Source of the DNA: Bacteroidales bacterium
GTDB lineage: Bacteria > Bacteroidota > Bacteroidia > Bacteroidales > VadinHA17
Length of the DNA: 55,898 nucleotides
Direction of reading: 5' to 3'
Assembly: GCA_012519515.1 (NCBI GenBank)
Contig: JAAYQC010000052.1
Location: forward strand, 1 to 55,898
Shown here: positions 37,031 through 46,702 of the stretch, in pieces
Layout of the letters: every line of letters starts with the position of its first letter
Numbering within the stretch: position 1 is the stretch's first letter
Made by a program: the position numbers and the translations under genes
Notes under the pieces: generated by a model
What the model was told of the DNA's origin: nothing
What the model saw: the letters and a program-made list of their open reading frames with translations, nothing else
Database searches by the model: none

Positions 37031-37086
37031 TCATAAGTAGTACATTTGTAGCTCGAAATCAGTAAGGAATTTCAATCTGTAATCAC

Positions 37087-37863
37087 ATGGGAAGGATCAT
37101 AGCTATCGCGAATCAGAAGGGTGGGGTAGGGAAGACGACAACGGCAATAAACCTGGCGGCCAGCCTGGCTGCCCTTGAAAAGAAAGTCATAATAATTGAT
37201 GCTGATCCTCAGGCTAATGCCACTTCGGGGATGGGCATCGACAACCGTTCGTTAAAGGCGACTGTTTATGATTGTCTCGTTAATGGAAGGGAGCCTGCTG
37301 ATACAATAATAGCGAGCAGCATTGAGAATCTTTCATTGATGCCGTCGAATATCGATCTGGTCGGAGCCGAGATAGAAATGCTTGATATGCCTGAAAGGGA
37401 GAAAATTCTCAAGCGGGTTCTTTCAAAGATTTCCGGGAATTACGATTATGTGATCGTCGACTGCTCTCCCTCGCTCGGCCTTCTCACTGTAAACGCGCTC
37501 ACTGCAGCCAACTCGGTGATCATACCTGTTCAGTGCGAATATTTTGCCCTTGAGGGGCTGGGCAAGCTTTTGAATACAATAAAGATAATTCAGGGCAACC
37601 TGAACCCTGATCTCGAGATAGAAGGCTTTTTGCTTACCATGTACGATTCGAGGCTAAGGCTTTCAAACCAGGTTGCAGAAGAAGTGAACAAACATTTCCA
37701 GCAGATGGTATTCAAGACTATCATTCAGAGAAATGTAAAGCTTTCGGAAGCCCCCAGCTTCGGACAGCCTGCAATACTGTATGATGCAGATTCGAGGGGG
37801 ACCGTCAATTATCTTAATCTGGCCAAGGAGATTATAGAAAAACATAATCCCGACGGCAATTAA
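37087..37863 (+). CDS. parA: Chromosome partitioning ATPase ParA/Soj
   Basis: [30 protein letters not shown] and LSEAPSFG motifs. Confidence 0.97.
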   Translation: MGRIIAIANQKGGVGKTTTAINLAASLAALEKKVIIIDADPQANATSGMGIDNRSLKATVYDCLVNGREPADTIIASSIENLSLMPSNIDLVGAEIEMLDMPEREKILKRVLSKISGNYDYVIVDCSPSLGLLTVNALTAANSVIIPVQCEYFALEGLGKLLNTIKIIQGNLNPDLEIEGFLLTMYDSRLRLSNQVAEEVNKHFQQMVFKTIIQRNVKLSEAPSFGQPAILYDADSRGTVNYLNLAKEIIEKHNPDGN

Positions 37864-37882
37864 CCTGTTAACCTAACTGACG

Positions 37883-38764
37883 ATGACAAAGAAGCAAGCA
37901 TTAGGAAGAGGGCTCGGAGCGTTGATCGATGGTGTTGAAAAAGAAGTTCTGGAGAGAAAAGTAGAACCCAATATGGATATTGCAATCGATTCGATAGATG
38001 GCAATCCCTTTCAGCCAAGAAGTCATTTTGATGAACAGTCGCTTGAGGAACTTGCTGCATCAATAAGGCAAGTGGGAATTGTTCAGCCGCTGACAGTAAG
38101 GGAAACTGCCGGAGGACGTTACCAGCTTATAGCCGGCGAAAGACGGCTCAGGGCCGCACGACTGGCCGGGCTTAGCCATGTGCCCGCCTATATCCGGACA
38201 GCCGACGACCAGGCTATGCTCGAACTTGCCCTGGTGGAGAACATCCAGCGCGAAGACCTCGACGCCATGGAAGTGGCAATAACCTTCCAGCGACTGATCG
38301 AAGAGTGCCGGCTGACTCAGGAACAACTGAGCGACAGGGTGGGAAAACAACGTTCGACAATTTCAAACTACCTCAGGCTCCTGCGCCTTCCCGCGGAAAT
38401 ACAGCTCGGGATACGAAACAAAAGTATAATGATGGGACATGCCCGAACCCTCGTCAATATAGAGAACCCGAAAACCCAGATGGATGTCTATTACCGTATT
38501 ATCGACGACGATCTGTCGGTGAGACAGGTAGAGGAACTGGTCAGATCACTTCAATCAAAAAAAATAAAGGATCCGGCAAAAATCGAAAGAAAAAAGAAAC
38601 TGAACGAGGATTTTAAACAGCTCTCGGAACACCTTAACCGGATCTTCTCAACAAAGGTCAACTTCAGGATTAACGAACAGGGAAAGGGAAAGATAGTGAT
38701 CCCTTTCGATAATCCGGAAGAGATGGAACGCATTTTGGGCCTCTTTGACCGTCTTAACTACTGA
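37883..38764 (+). CDS. parB: Chromosome partitioning protein ParB/Spo0J
   Basis: ALGRGLGAL, NPFQPR, AGERRLRA, ENIQREDL and HTH. Confidence 0.97.
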   Translation: MTKKQALGRGLGALIDGVEKEVLERKVEPNMDIAIDSIDGNPFQPRSHFDEQSLEELAASIRQVGIVQPLTVRETAGGRYQLIAGERRLRAARLAGLSHVPAYIRTADDQAMLELALVENIQREDLDAMEVAITFQRLIEECRLTQEQLSDRVGKQRSTISNYLRLLRLPAEIQLGIRNKSIMMGHARTLVNIENPKTQMDVYYRIIDDDLSVRQVEELVRSLQSKKIKDPAKIERKKKLNEDFKQLSEHLNRIFSTKVNFRINEQGKGKIVIPFDNPEEMERILGLFDRLNY

Positions 38765-38827
38765 AATTAATTATATTTGTCGCTCCGGTCCCGCCGGCAA
38801 TGGGGAAAAAACCGGATTCTGTTGGTT

Positions 38828-39463
38828 TTGAGAACAATTGAAAAAATAAAAATTATTCTCATCGGCTTAATTTTTTGTGTCCCGGCTGTTTTACCGGCAC
38901 AGGATTCAATTGTTGTTGCAAAGCCGGCCAGAAGAGTATTCCGCCCCGAACCGATGAAAGCGACAATGCTTGCAGTTGCTTTCCCGGGCTTCGGCCAGGT
39001 TTACAACAGGAAGTACTGGAAGATACCGTTTGTTTACGCCGGATTCGGCGGACTGGCCTATAGCGTGGGTTTTAACACCGGCAAATACAATGAGATGATG
39101 AAGGCATATCAGGATTTCACAGATAAAATACCTGAAACCGACAGCTATATCGGACTGATAAAGGGAGCTGATCCCTCTGAGTATGACCCTGTCCTTCACC
39201 CCGATACCTATAACCCGTCTTCCAAATCGTGGGTTGAAGATAACCTCCTCAGAGCCGTGGATTATTATAAAAAATACCGCGATCTCAGCTATATCGGCGT
39301 AGCTGTATGGTACCTGATAACCGTCCTTGATGCAAATGTCGATGCCAGCCTGGCAAACTTCGACGTTTCCGATCAGCTCGACCTCCAGATTGCCCCCCTG
39401 GGGATGCCTGTCCCCGGTGTTTACGGTGCAGGCATTAACATGAGTCTTGTTTATAATTTTTAA
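38828..39463 (+). CDS. DUF5683 domain protein
   Basis: PMKATMLAVAFPGFGQVYNRKYWKIP...DANVDA; TATATTTG at 38772-38779 argues for a start downstream of 38777 (TTG 38828 chosen, uncertain). Confidence 0.8.
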   Translation: MRTIEKIKIILIGLIFCVPAVLPAQDSIVVAKPARRVFRPEPMKATMLAVAFPGFGQVYNRKYWKIPFVYAGFGGLAYSVGFNTGKYNEMMKAYQDFTDKIPETDSYIGLIKGADPSEYDPVLHPDTYNPSSKSWVEDNLLRAVDYYKKYRDLSYIGVAVWYLITVLDANVDASLANFDVSDQLDLQIAPLGMPVPGVYGAGINMSLVYNF

Positions 39464-39468
39464 TTCAA

Positions 39469-41022
39469 ATGACCGGAAAAAAGATGATATTTAAGAAATC
39501 AGTTGTCGGATTCCTCCTGACTCTCCTGTTAACGAACCTGTACGCGATAAACGACACCATAATACTGAAATCAGAAATATACACCGAAAAAATTTCCGCC
39601 GACCTCGACAGCCTCGTCAACAGCTGGTACGTCAGACTGGCAATGGAGGGACATATAGATGACTTCATCAGTGATTCAGTGGGAATAGAATATCCCGATA
39701 CCGTGTACAAGGAGAGAATAGGCAAAATCTATTCCCTGATGAAACTTCCCTACAATAGCATAATCAGAAATCATATTCATGTTTATACCATAAAGCAGAG
39801 GAAACAGTTCAGCGCCGTTCTTGGCCTGTCCGATTATTATTTTCCCCGGATAGAGGATATCTTTGATTCCTACGGCCTTCCCGCCGAGTTGAAATATATG
39901 GCAGTCATTGAATCAGCCCTTAATCCGAACGCTGTCTCACGAGCTGGAGCCACCGGCCTGTGGCAGTTCATGTACAGCACGGGGAGAAGCTACGGACTGA
40001 CCATCAACTCGCTGGTCGACGAGAGACGCGACCCGATAAAGGCCACTCATGCAGCTGCAAAATACATAAAGGATCTATATCAGATTTACAACGACTGGAT
40101 ACTGGTTATAGCAGCCTACAACTGCGGTCCAGGAAACGTGAACAAGGCTATCAGACGTTCGGGAAACAAAAAGGATTACTGGGCTATCTACTACAGGCTT
40201 CCGCGCGAGACAAGAGGCTATATCCCGCAGTACGTGGCCGCCGCCTATGCTATGAATTACTATGCAGAACACAAAATCAAGCCTCTGCCACTGAACATTC
40301 CCGTTGCAACCGACACTATAATGGTAAGTACCGATATACACCTTACCCAGATATCGGAGGTAATGGGAATTCCCATAGGTGAACTGAGAGCCCTCAATCC
40401 ACAGTACCGGACAGGACTTGTACCCGGTTCTTCAAAACCTTTCTCACTGACACTTCCGATGAATCACCTGGGCGATTTTATCGACCTTAATGATACCATC
40501 AGAAACTATAAAGCCGATGTGTACCTGACACGGGTCAACCAAACGGCCGACCCCTCACGCTCAACATATGTTCCCCCTGATGTAAAGGGGAAAACCCGGC
40601 TGATATACACTGTAAAGGACGGAGATAACCTGGGATTCATCGCGGAATGGTATAGGGTCAGCCTGTCCGACCTCAGGTACTGGAACAATATCTACAGGAA
40701 TCTGATCAGGGTGGGCCAGAAACTGTCAATCTATGTCGATCCTTCCAGGGCAAGCCAGTACGAGAAAATCAATGACATGACTTTCGCACAGAAACAGGCG
40801 ATGATAGGAAAAACAAGTCCTTCAGCCCCGACGGCCAGTATCATGCAGCCGGTACAGGACGGGGATTTTATCACATACACTGTCAGACCGGGTGATACGA
40901 TATGGGAAATAGTAAAGAAGTACGATAACGTCAGCACAACAGACGTGCTTCAGTTGAACAATATCAGCGATCCGTCGAGGATAAAAGTCGGACAAGTGTT
41001 GAAAATTAAGAAGAAGAGCTGA
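39469..41022 (+). CDS. mltD: MltD-like lytic transglycosylase with two LysM domains
   Basis: VIESALNP, AGATGLWQFM, AAYNCG and LPRETRGY motifs; LysM YTVKDGDNL and YTVRPGDTI. Confidence 0.92.
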   Translation: MTGKKMIFKKSVVGFLLTLLLTNLYAINDTIILKSEIYTEKISADLDSLVNSWYVRLAMEGHIDDFISDSVGIEYPDTVYKERIGKIYSLMKLPYNSIIRNHIHVYTIKQRKQFSAVLGLSDYYFPRIEDIFDSYGLPAELKYMAVIESALNPNAVSRAGATGLWQFMYSTGRSYGLTINSLVDERRDPIKATHAAAKYIKDLYQIYNDWILVIAAYNCGPGNVNKAIRRSGNKKDYWAIYYRLPRETRGYIPQYVAAAYAMNYYAEHKIKPLPLNIPVATDTIMVSTDIHLTQISEVMGIPIGELRALNPQYRTGLVPGSSKPFSLTLPMNHLGDFIDLNDTIRNYKADVYLTRVNQTADPSRSTYVPPDVKGKTRLIYTVKDGDNLGFIAEWYRVSLSDLRYWNNIYRNLIRVGQKLSIYVDPSRASQYEKINDMTFAQKQAMIGKTSPSAPTASIMQPVQDGDFITYTVRPGDTIWEIVKKYDNVSTTDVLQLNNISDPSRIKVGQVLKIKKKS

Positions 41023-41035
41023 TCTATATCCCCAG

Positions 41036-44023
41036 ATGCGTCCATTAAGGTCATTTTTGCTTTTGCTGATATATCTGATCTGTTTTACAGGTCTGGCCTG
41101 GATTTTGCCCTGGAACCCCGGCTTCCCCACTATCAGTAACTTCCTGCCGGAGAAGCTTTTTCAGCCTGCTTCAAATGACCTGCCTGAGCTTAACGGAGAT
41201 GTAAATGACGATTATCATGATACTGTTATCGCTCCTCCGCTGATCACAGTTGAAGCCGATTCCTCAGCAGCCGATACCATAGCCCCGCCACGCGATCCGA
41301 TGTCGGTGTTCTTCGACGGACTGAAGCGTTCTCGTGCAGAACAGATCAGAATACTTTACTACGGTGATTCCCAGATAGAGGGCGACAGAATAACTTCAAG
41401 CATAAGGAGATACCTGAGAAGGGAACATGGTGGAACAGGCCCCGGACTGATGCTTCCCGTAATGCCGGTAAGCTATACCCGGTCATTCTATATCAGGGCT
41501 TCATCGAACTGGAAAAGATACAATTACCTTTCATACCGTAACGCTGAGATAAGTCATAAGGACCTTGGCCCTTTCATGGCCTTCTGCAGGTACATGCCCG
41601 AAGGATCAGTATCAGCATCAAAGGTTAAATCGTGGATAAGAATAGTTCCCTCTGTCCTTGCCGATCCTGCCGAATCGCAGTTCGAATATCTTAGAATATT
41701 TTACAGGAACAGCCAGGGCGATGTGAGTATTGGGGTAAAAGCCGGTGACAACCCCCTCATCTCAGATACATTAAAATCGTCCGGAGAACTTATGGAGTAT
41801 GTATGCCCTCTCAACAATGCATCCAATATCCTTATCGATTTCTCCGGCAATACAAGTCCCGATATTTACGGCATCAGCATCGAAAGCAAGACAGGAGTCG
41901 TGGTCGACAATATCCCGCAGAGGGGCAGTGCCGGGCTTGAGTTTACAATGGTGGATAAGAACAACATCGGGAAAGCCTTTGAACTCCTGAAACCCGACTT
42001 GGTTGTAGTGCACTATGGCCTGAACCTGGCAACAACAATCAGGAGCGATTATTCATACTATGAAAAGGGTCTTGCCAGACAGCTGGATCTTATCAGGGAG
42101 ATATCGCCGGAAGCCGGCCTGCTGGTCATCGGTATGACCGATATGGCCCGTCAGGTTGATGGCCAGGTAAAGTCATATCCCAATATCCCAAAGATTATCA
42201 ATGCACAGAGAAATGCTGCTGCCGGATCGGGAGCTGTTTTCTGGGATGCCAGAAAAGCTATGGGAGGACAGTCATCCATTGTGCATTGGTTCAATATGAA
42301 TCCTCCCCTGGCCAAACCCGACTATGTTCATCTTACCGACCTGGGCGCCGACAGACTTGCACAACTGATGGTAAATGACCTGTTTACACCGGAAACTCCC
42401 GATCCGGTGGTAATGACACCTCCTATGGTGCAGATCGATACATCTGCCCTTGAAAAGGCCGAAACAGTTGTCTCTGCTGTTGAACCCCAGCCTCAGCAAT
42501 CAATTGTAAAGACTGTTGTCTCTGAAATTTTCAGCTACGATCCTGACAGGATATTCGTTTTTACTTCAGCGGCTTTCTGGATTTTCTTCCTTGTGGTACT
42601 GGCAGGTTTCAGCCTGTTTTACAGGAAATTGTTTGCAAGGAACTTCTACCTCCTGCTGATGAGCCTGTTCTTCTACTACAAAGCCGGAGGTCTTTTTCTC
42701 TTCGTTCTGGTTTTTGTTACCATTATCGATTATACCTGTGGCCGCCTGATCCACAGGTCGGATACAAAGGCCGGAAAACGCTTCTTTCTTATCCTGAGCA
42801 TCATTTCCAACATAGGGCTCCTTGTTTATTTCAAGTACACCGGTTTTATTGTTCAGATAATAAATGATCTGTTTGGCACTGAGATCATTGTCAGGGATGT
42901 ACTTGGCGCCCTCTCCAACAGTCTTCTCGGAACAGATTTCAATATAGACTCAATCGTTCTTCCGGTAGGAATCTCTTTCTTCACCTTCCAGTCGCTCAGT
43001 TATACAATCGACATGTACAGGATGAAACTTGAGCCGGTTAGGAATATATTGGATTTCGGATTTTATGTCTCATTCTTTCCGCAACTTGTTGCAGGCCCAA
43101 TTGTGAGGGCATCGGAGTTTATACCACAGCTTTACAGGGAATACAACGTTTCAGCAAGGGAGTTCAGCCATGCCGTGTTCCTGATAATTAAGGGACTTAT
43201 TAAAAAGATAATAATCTCCGATTTCATTGCTGTCAATTTCATCGACAGGGTATTTGAGGTTCCCACCGTTTACTCGGGATTCGAAAACCTGATGGCTGTT
43301 TACGGATACGGCCTTCAGATCTACTGCGACTTCTCGGGATACACCGATATAGCAATAGGATTAGGGCTTATCCTCGGATTCAGGCTTCCTTTCAATTTCA
43401 ATTCACCTTACAAGGCAACTGATCTTTCCGATTTCTGGCGGAGATGGCATATTTCCCTCTCACGATGGCTCAGGGACTATCTCTATATACCTCTTGGAGG
43501 AAACAGGAAAGGCAAGTTTAGAACCATCTTCAACCTCTTGGTTACCATGCTTGTAGGAGGCCTGTGGCATGGAGCAAACATGAGATTCGTGATATGGGGC
43601 GGACTCCATGGCATCGGATTGACCATAAACAAAATAAAGGATTACATCTTTAGAAAACCTATCCGTAAAAGCCGGTTGGCAACAGCGCTTTCAGTTTTCC
43701 TGACTTTCAATTTCGTAAGCTTCTGCTGGATATTCTTCCGGGCCCGGGATATGCACAGCGTTGAACTGATGCTGCGGCAGATATTCAACGATTTCGTGCC
43801 GGCTTCATTTGAAACGGTCTTAAGTGCATACAGCGGAGCCTTTGCCCTGATGGCTGCAGGGTACATAATGCATTTTCTGCCCGCTAAATTCAAGGAATGG
43901 TACAGGGGAATATTCATCAACACCCCGCTTGTCATTCAGTTTATCCTGGTTCTGATTGCCGGATTTCTTATTTTCAGGATGAGCAGTTTTGCCAGCATGC
44001 CGTTTATCTACTTCAGATTCTAA
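41036..44023 (+). CDS. SGNH/GDSL domain fused to an MBOAT O-acyltransferase (PatB-PatA / AlgJ-AlgI-like fusion)
   Basis: N-terminal anchor; GDSQ (41363), RGSAG, YGLN, DYVH (42320); Pro-rich linker; LPVGISFFTFQ, FFPQLVAGPI, QIYCDFSGY, FWRRWHISLS, GLWHGA; C-terminal PFIYFRF. Confidence 0.9.
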   Translation: MRPLRSFLLLLIYLICFTGLAWILPWNPGFPTISNFLPEKLFQPASNDLPELNGDVNDDYHDTVIAPPLITVEADSSAADTIAPPRDPMSVFFDGLKRSRAEQIRILYYGDSQIEGDRITSSIRRYLRREHGGTGPGLMLPVMPVSYTRSFYIRASSNWKRYNYLSYRNAEISHKDLGPFMAFCRYMPEGSVSASKVKSWIRIVPSVLADPAESQFEYLRIFYRNSQGDVSIGVKAGDNPLISDTLKSSGELMEYVCPLNNASNILIDFSGNTSPDIYGISIESKTGVVVDNIPQRGSAGLEFTMVDKNNIGKAFELLKPDLVVVHYGLNLATTIRSDYSYYEKGLARQLDLIREISPEAGLLVIGMTDMARQVDGQVKSYPNIPKIINAQRNAAAGSGAVFWDARKAMGGQSSIVHWFNMNPPLAKPDYVHLTDLGADRLAQLMVNDLFTPETPDPVVMTPPMVQIDTSALEKAETVVSAVEPQPQQSIVKTVVSEIFSYDPDRIFVFTSAAFWIFFLVVLAGFSLFYRKLFARNFYLLLMSLFFYYKAGGLFLFVLVFVTIIDYTCGRLIHRSDTKAGKRFFLILSIISNIGLLVYFKYTGFIVQIINDLFGTEIIVRDVLGALSNSLLGTDFNIDSIVLPVGISFFTFQSLSYTIDMYRMKLEPVRNILDFGFYVSFFPQLVAGPIVRASEFIPQLYREYNVSAREFSHAVFLIIKGLIKKIIISDFIAVNFIDRVFEVPTVYSGFENLMAVYGYGLQIYCDFSGYTDIAIGLGLILGFRLPFNFNSPYKATDLSDFWRRWHISLSRWLRDYLYIPLGGNRKGKFRTIFNLLVTMLVGGLWHGANMRFVIWGGLHGIGLTINKIKDYIFRKPIRKSRLATALSVFLTFNFVSFCWIFFRARDMHSVELMLRQIFNDFVPASFETVLSAYSGAFALMAAGYIMHFLPAKFKEWYRGIFINTPLVIQFILVLIAGFLIFRMSSFASMPFIYFRF

Positions 44024-44050
44024 GCCGGACTGGATAAGGAAAGAACAATG

Positions 44051-45229
44051 CTATAGTATGTTTGATCCCGAAACCGGACGGGCATAAGCCAGTACGTCGG
44101 CGCCTGTTATTTCATCCCTGCACAGGATGATAAGCCTCTCCAGTACATTCCTGAATTCCCTTATGTTCCCCGTCCATTCAATCTTCTGCAGTTCAGCGAT
44201 CGCATCCCTGGTTATAGTTTTCTTGCTCATGCCGTACTCTCTGCATATCATGGTGTTGAAATGTTCGGCAAGGATGGGGATATCATCCACACGCTCGTTG
44301 AGGGTCGGGACATGTATTATTATCACGCTCAGCCTGTGATACAGGTCCTCCCTGAAGGTGTTGCCCTCTATTTCCTTCCTTATGTTCTTGTTGGTTGCTG
44401 CTATAACTCTTACATTGACATGTATATCCTTGTCGGATCCCACCCGGGTGATCTTGTTCTCCTGAAGGGCCCTCAGCACTTTGGCCTGGGCGGAAAGACT
44501 CATGTCGCCGATTTCATCCAGGAACAAAGTGCCACCGTTTGCCTGTTCGAACTTGCCTATTCTTTGCTTGATGGCCGAGGTAAACGATCCCTTTTCGTGT
44601 CCAAACAGTTCACTCTCAATAAGTTCTGAGGGTATTGCCGCACAGTTCACCTCCACAAAGGGGCCTTTTGCCCGGTTGCTCTTCTCGTGTATCTGGTGAG
44701 CAACAAGCTCCTTTCCTGTTCCGTTTGCGCCGGTAATCAGCACCCTGGCTTCAGTGGGCGCTACACGGTCGATCATCTCCTTTACTTTCATGACAGGCTC
44801 CGATTCACCAACTATCTCATACATCTTGCTTACCTTGTTCTTAAGCGCCTGTGTCTGCGTGATCAGAGTAGACTTGTCGGTGGCATTGCGAATGGTGATC
44901 AGTAGCCTGTTCAGGTCAAGGGGCTTTTCCAGAAAATCGTAGGCACCTTTCTTTATGGCATCAACAGCCGTGTCGATATTGCCATGACCCGATATCATTA
45001 TAACCGGAACATCGGAAGAGGTCTCAAATATTTTCTGAAGTACCTCAATGCCGTCCATCTTTGCCATCTTGATGTCGCACAGCACAATATCGTATGAATT
45101 GCTGCCGAACATCTCAAGCCCCGCCGGCCCGTCCTCTGCAAGGTCGACCTCATGTTTTTCATATTCCAGAACTTCTTTCAGGGTGTTCCTTATCGCCCTT
45201 TCATCATCAATAACCAGAATTTTTGACAT
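44051..45229 (-). CDS. Sigma54-interacting (NtrC/NtrX-like) response regulator with no C-terminal HTH
   Basis: REC domain (ILVIDDE, LCDIKM); AAA+ [37 protein letters not shown]; ends 392 aa without a Fis HTH. Confidence 0.92.
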   Translation of the reverse strand: MSKILVIDDERAIRNTLKEVLEYEKHEVDLAEDGPAGLEMFGSNSYDIVLCDIKMAKMDGIEVLQKIFETSSDVPVIMISGHGNIDTAVDAIKKGAYDFLEKPLDLNRLLITIRNATDKSTLITQTQALKNKVSKMYEIVGESEPVMKVKEMIDRVAPTEARVLITGANGTGKELVAHQIHEKSNRAKGPFVEVNCAAIPSELIESELFGHEKGSFTSAIKQRIGKFEQANGGTLFLDEIGDMSLSAQAKVLRALQENKITRVGSDKDIHVNVRVIAATNKNIRKEIEGNTFREDLYHRLSVIIIHVPTLNERVDDIPILAEHFNTMICREYGMSKKTITRDAIAELQKIEWTGNIREFRNVLERLIILCRDEITGADVLAYARPVSGSNIL

Positions 45230-45307
45230 AACTTGTATTATTTGCGGTTCCGGTGCGTACAGCCGGACTTTCTTTTACCACTGTGTTTTTCAGCTGCCCA
45301 AACCAGT

Positions 45308-46666
45308 TTAACCCGAGTATCTCAGCCATTTCCACATCTCCTTCCAGGATGTTTTCTTCCCGTACATCAGGATGCCCGTCCGGTAGATCTTGGCTGCCAT
45401 CCAGACGAAAGCAATGAAGGTAACAACCATCAGCGCCATTGAAAGGATTAGCTGCCAGGCCGGAACCCCGAAGGGGATCCTTGCCGCCATTACTATTGGT
45501 GAAGTCAGAGGGATTATGGAGCACCAGAACGACAGAGAGCTTTCCGGATTCTGCATGGTGCCGATCGCGACCATCAGGGCCAGGATGATGGGTATGGTCA
45601 CCGGAAGCATAAATTGCTGGGTTTCAGTTTCGTTATCAACCGCTGATCCTATTGCCGCGAAGATAGAGGCATATAGAAAGTAACCCGTTATAAAATAGAA
45701 AATAAATGAGAATATGATCAGTCCCCATGGCTGGTTCATGGCACTTTCAAACATTTTAGTGAACTCCGAAATTTGCGAACTTGTCTGTACCATCTGTTCC
45801 TGCACGGCAGCCTGCTGATCCTTATCCATAAGGTTCTGTGGAACAGTCTGGGAGATCTCAGTGATATTCTTGTCTTTCAGTACGGTCGTTTTTAAAACGC
45901 CAACTATTGCAAAAGTCAGCAATACCCAGATAAGGAACTGGGTTAGTCCGACAAGGGCAATGCCTATGATCTTTCCCATCATCAGCTGAACCGGTTTTAC
46001 AGATGATACTATCACTTCCACTACACGGCTGGTCTTTTCCTCGATTACGCCTCTCATAACCTGAGCGCCGAACATGAATACAAGCATGTACATCAGAAAA
46101 CCTCCGAAATAAGCAAGAAACATGGCAATTCCGGTGCTGGTGTCCTTGATCTGCCCTGAATCGTCTATCTTCTGCGTCTGGATTGAGACCTTCGTTTCAA
46201 CCTTCTTCATTATCTCGTCGAGGTTCTCAATGTTGTAAGCCATCAGTTTCTGCTTCTCGATCTCATTCTTGAGCGAGTTCTCCATGTACTGCAGATCAGC
46301 TATCGGAGGCTGTTTCTTCGAGATGAGCTGAACGGCATTGGGGGTGTTTACCAGTTCGGATGAAATGTACAGGATGCCATAATATCCCGCTTCTTCGAAT
46401 GTCTTCTTGAGATCATTCACATTTACACCATCAAGATATACGAACTCAAGGGTTTTGGTGTTCTTCAGGACTCCCCGGAACAGATCGGCTTCATCCCCGA
46501 TAACCGCGATCTTCTTGTAGTCCATTTCCTGGTTTAGCATCACGACTGTCGGGAGAATGATCAGTGCGGCCATGAGAATGGGGGCAAGGATGGTCATCAG
46601 GATAAATGACTTCTTACTGACCCTGGTAATGTATTCCCTGTTTATTATTATGGAAATCTTATTCAT
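45308..46666 (-). CDS. ABC transporter permease (NatB/YhaP-like)
   Basis: REYITRV, VMRGVIEEKTSRVVEV..SSV.P.QLMMGKI and AKIYRTGILMYGK motifs. Confidence 0.92.
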   Translation of the reverse strand: MNKISIIINREYITRVSKKSFILMTILAPILMAALIILPTVVMLNQEMDYKKIAVIGDEADLFRGVLKNTKTLEFVYLDGVNVNDLKKTFEEAGYYGILYISSELVNTPNAVQLISKKQPPIADLQYMENSLKNEIEKQKLMAYNIENLDEIMKKVETKVSIQTQKIDDSGQIKDTSTGIAMFLAYFGGFLMYMLVFMFGAQVMRGVIEEKTSRVVEVIVSSVKPVQLMMGKIIGIALVGLTQFLIWVLLTFAIVGVLKTTVLKDKNITEISQTVPQNLMDKDQQAAVQEQMVQTSSQISEFTKMFESAMNQPWGLIIFSFIFYFITGYFLYASIFAAIGSAVDNETETQQFMLPVTIPIILALMVAIGTMQNPESSLSFWCSIIPLTSPIVMAARIPFGVPAWQLILSMALMVVTFIAFVWMAAKIYRTGILMYGKKTSWKEMWKWLRYSG

Positions 46667-46702
46667 GCTTAAGAGGTTAAATCATTGAGTTATTGTCTGG
46701 AC

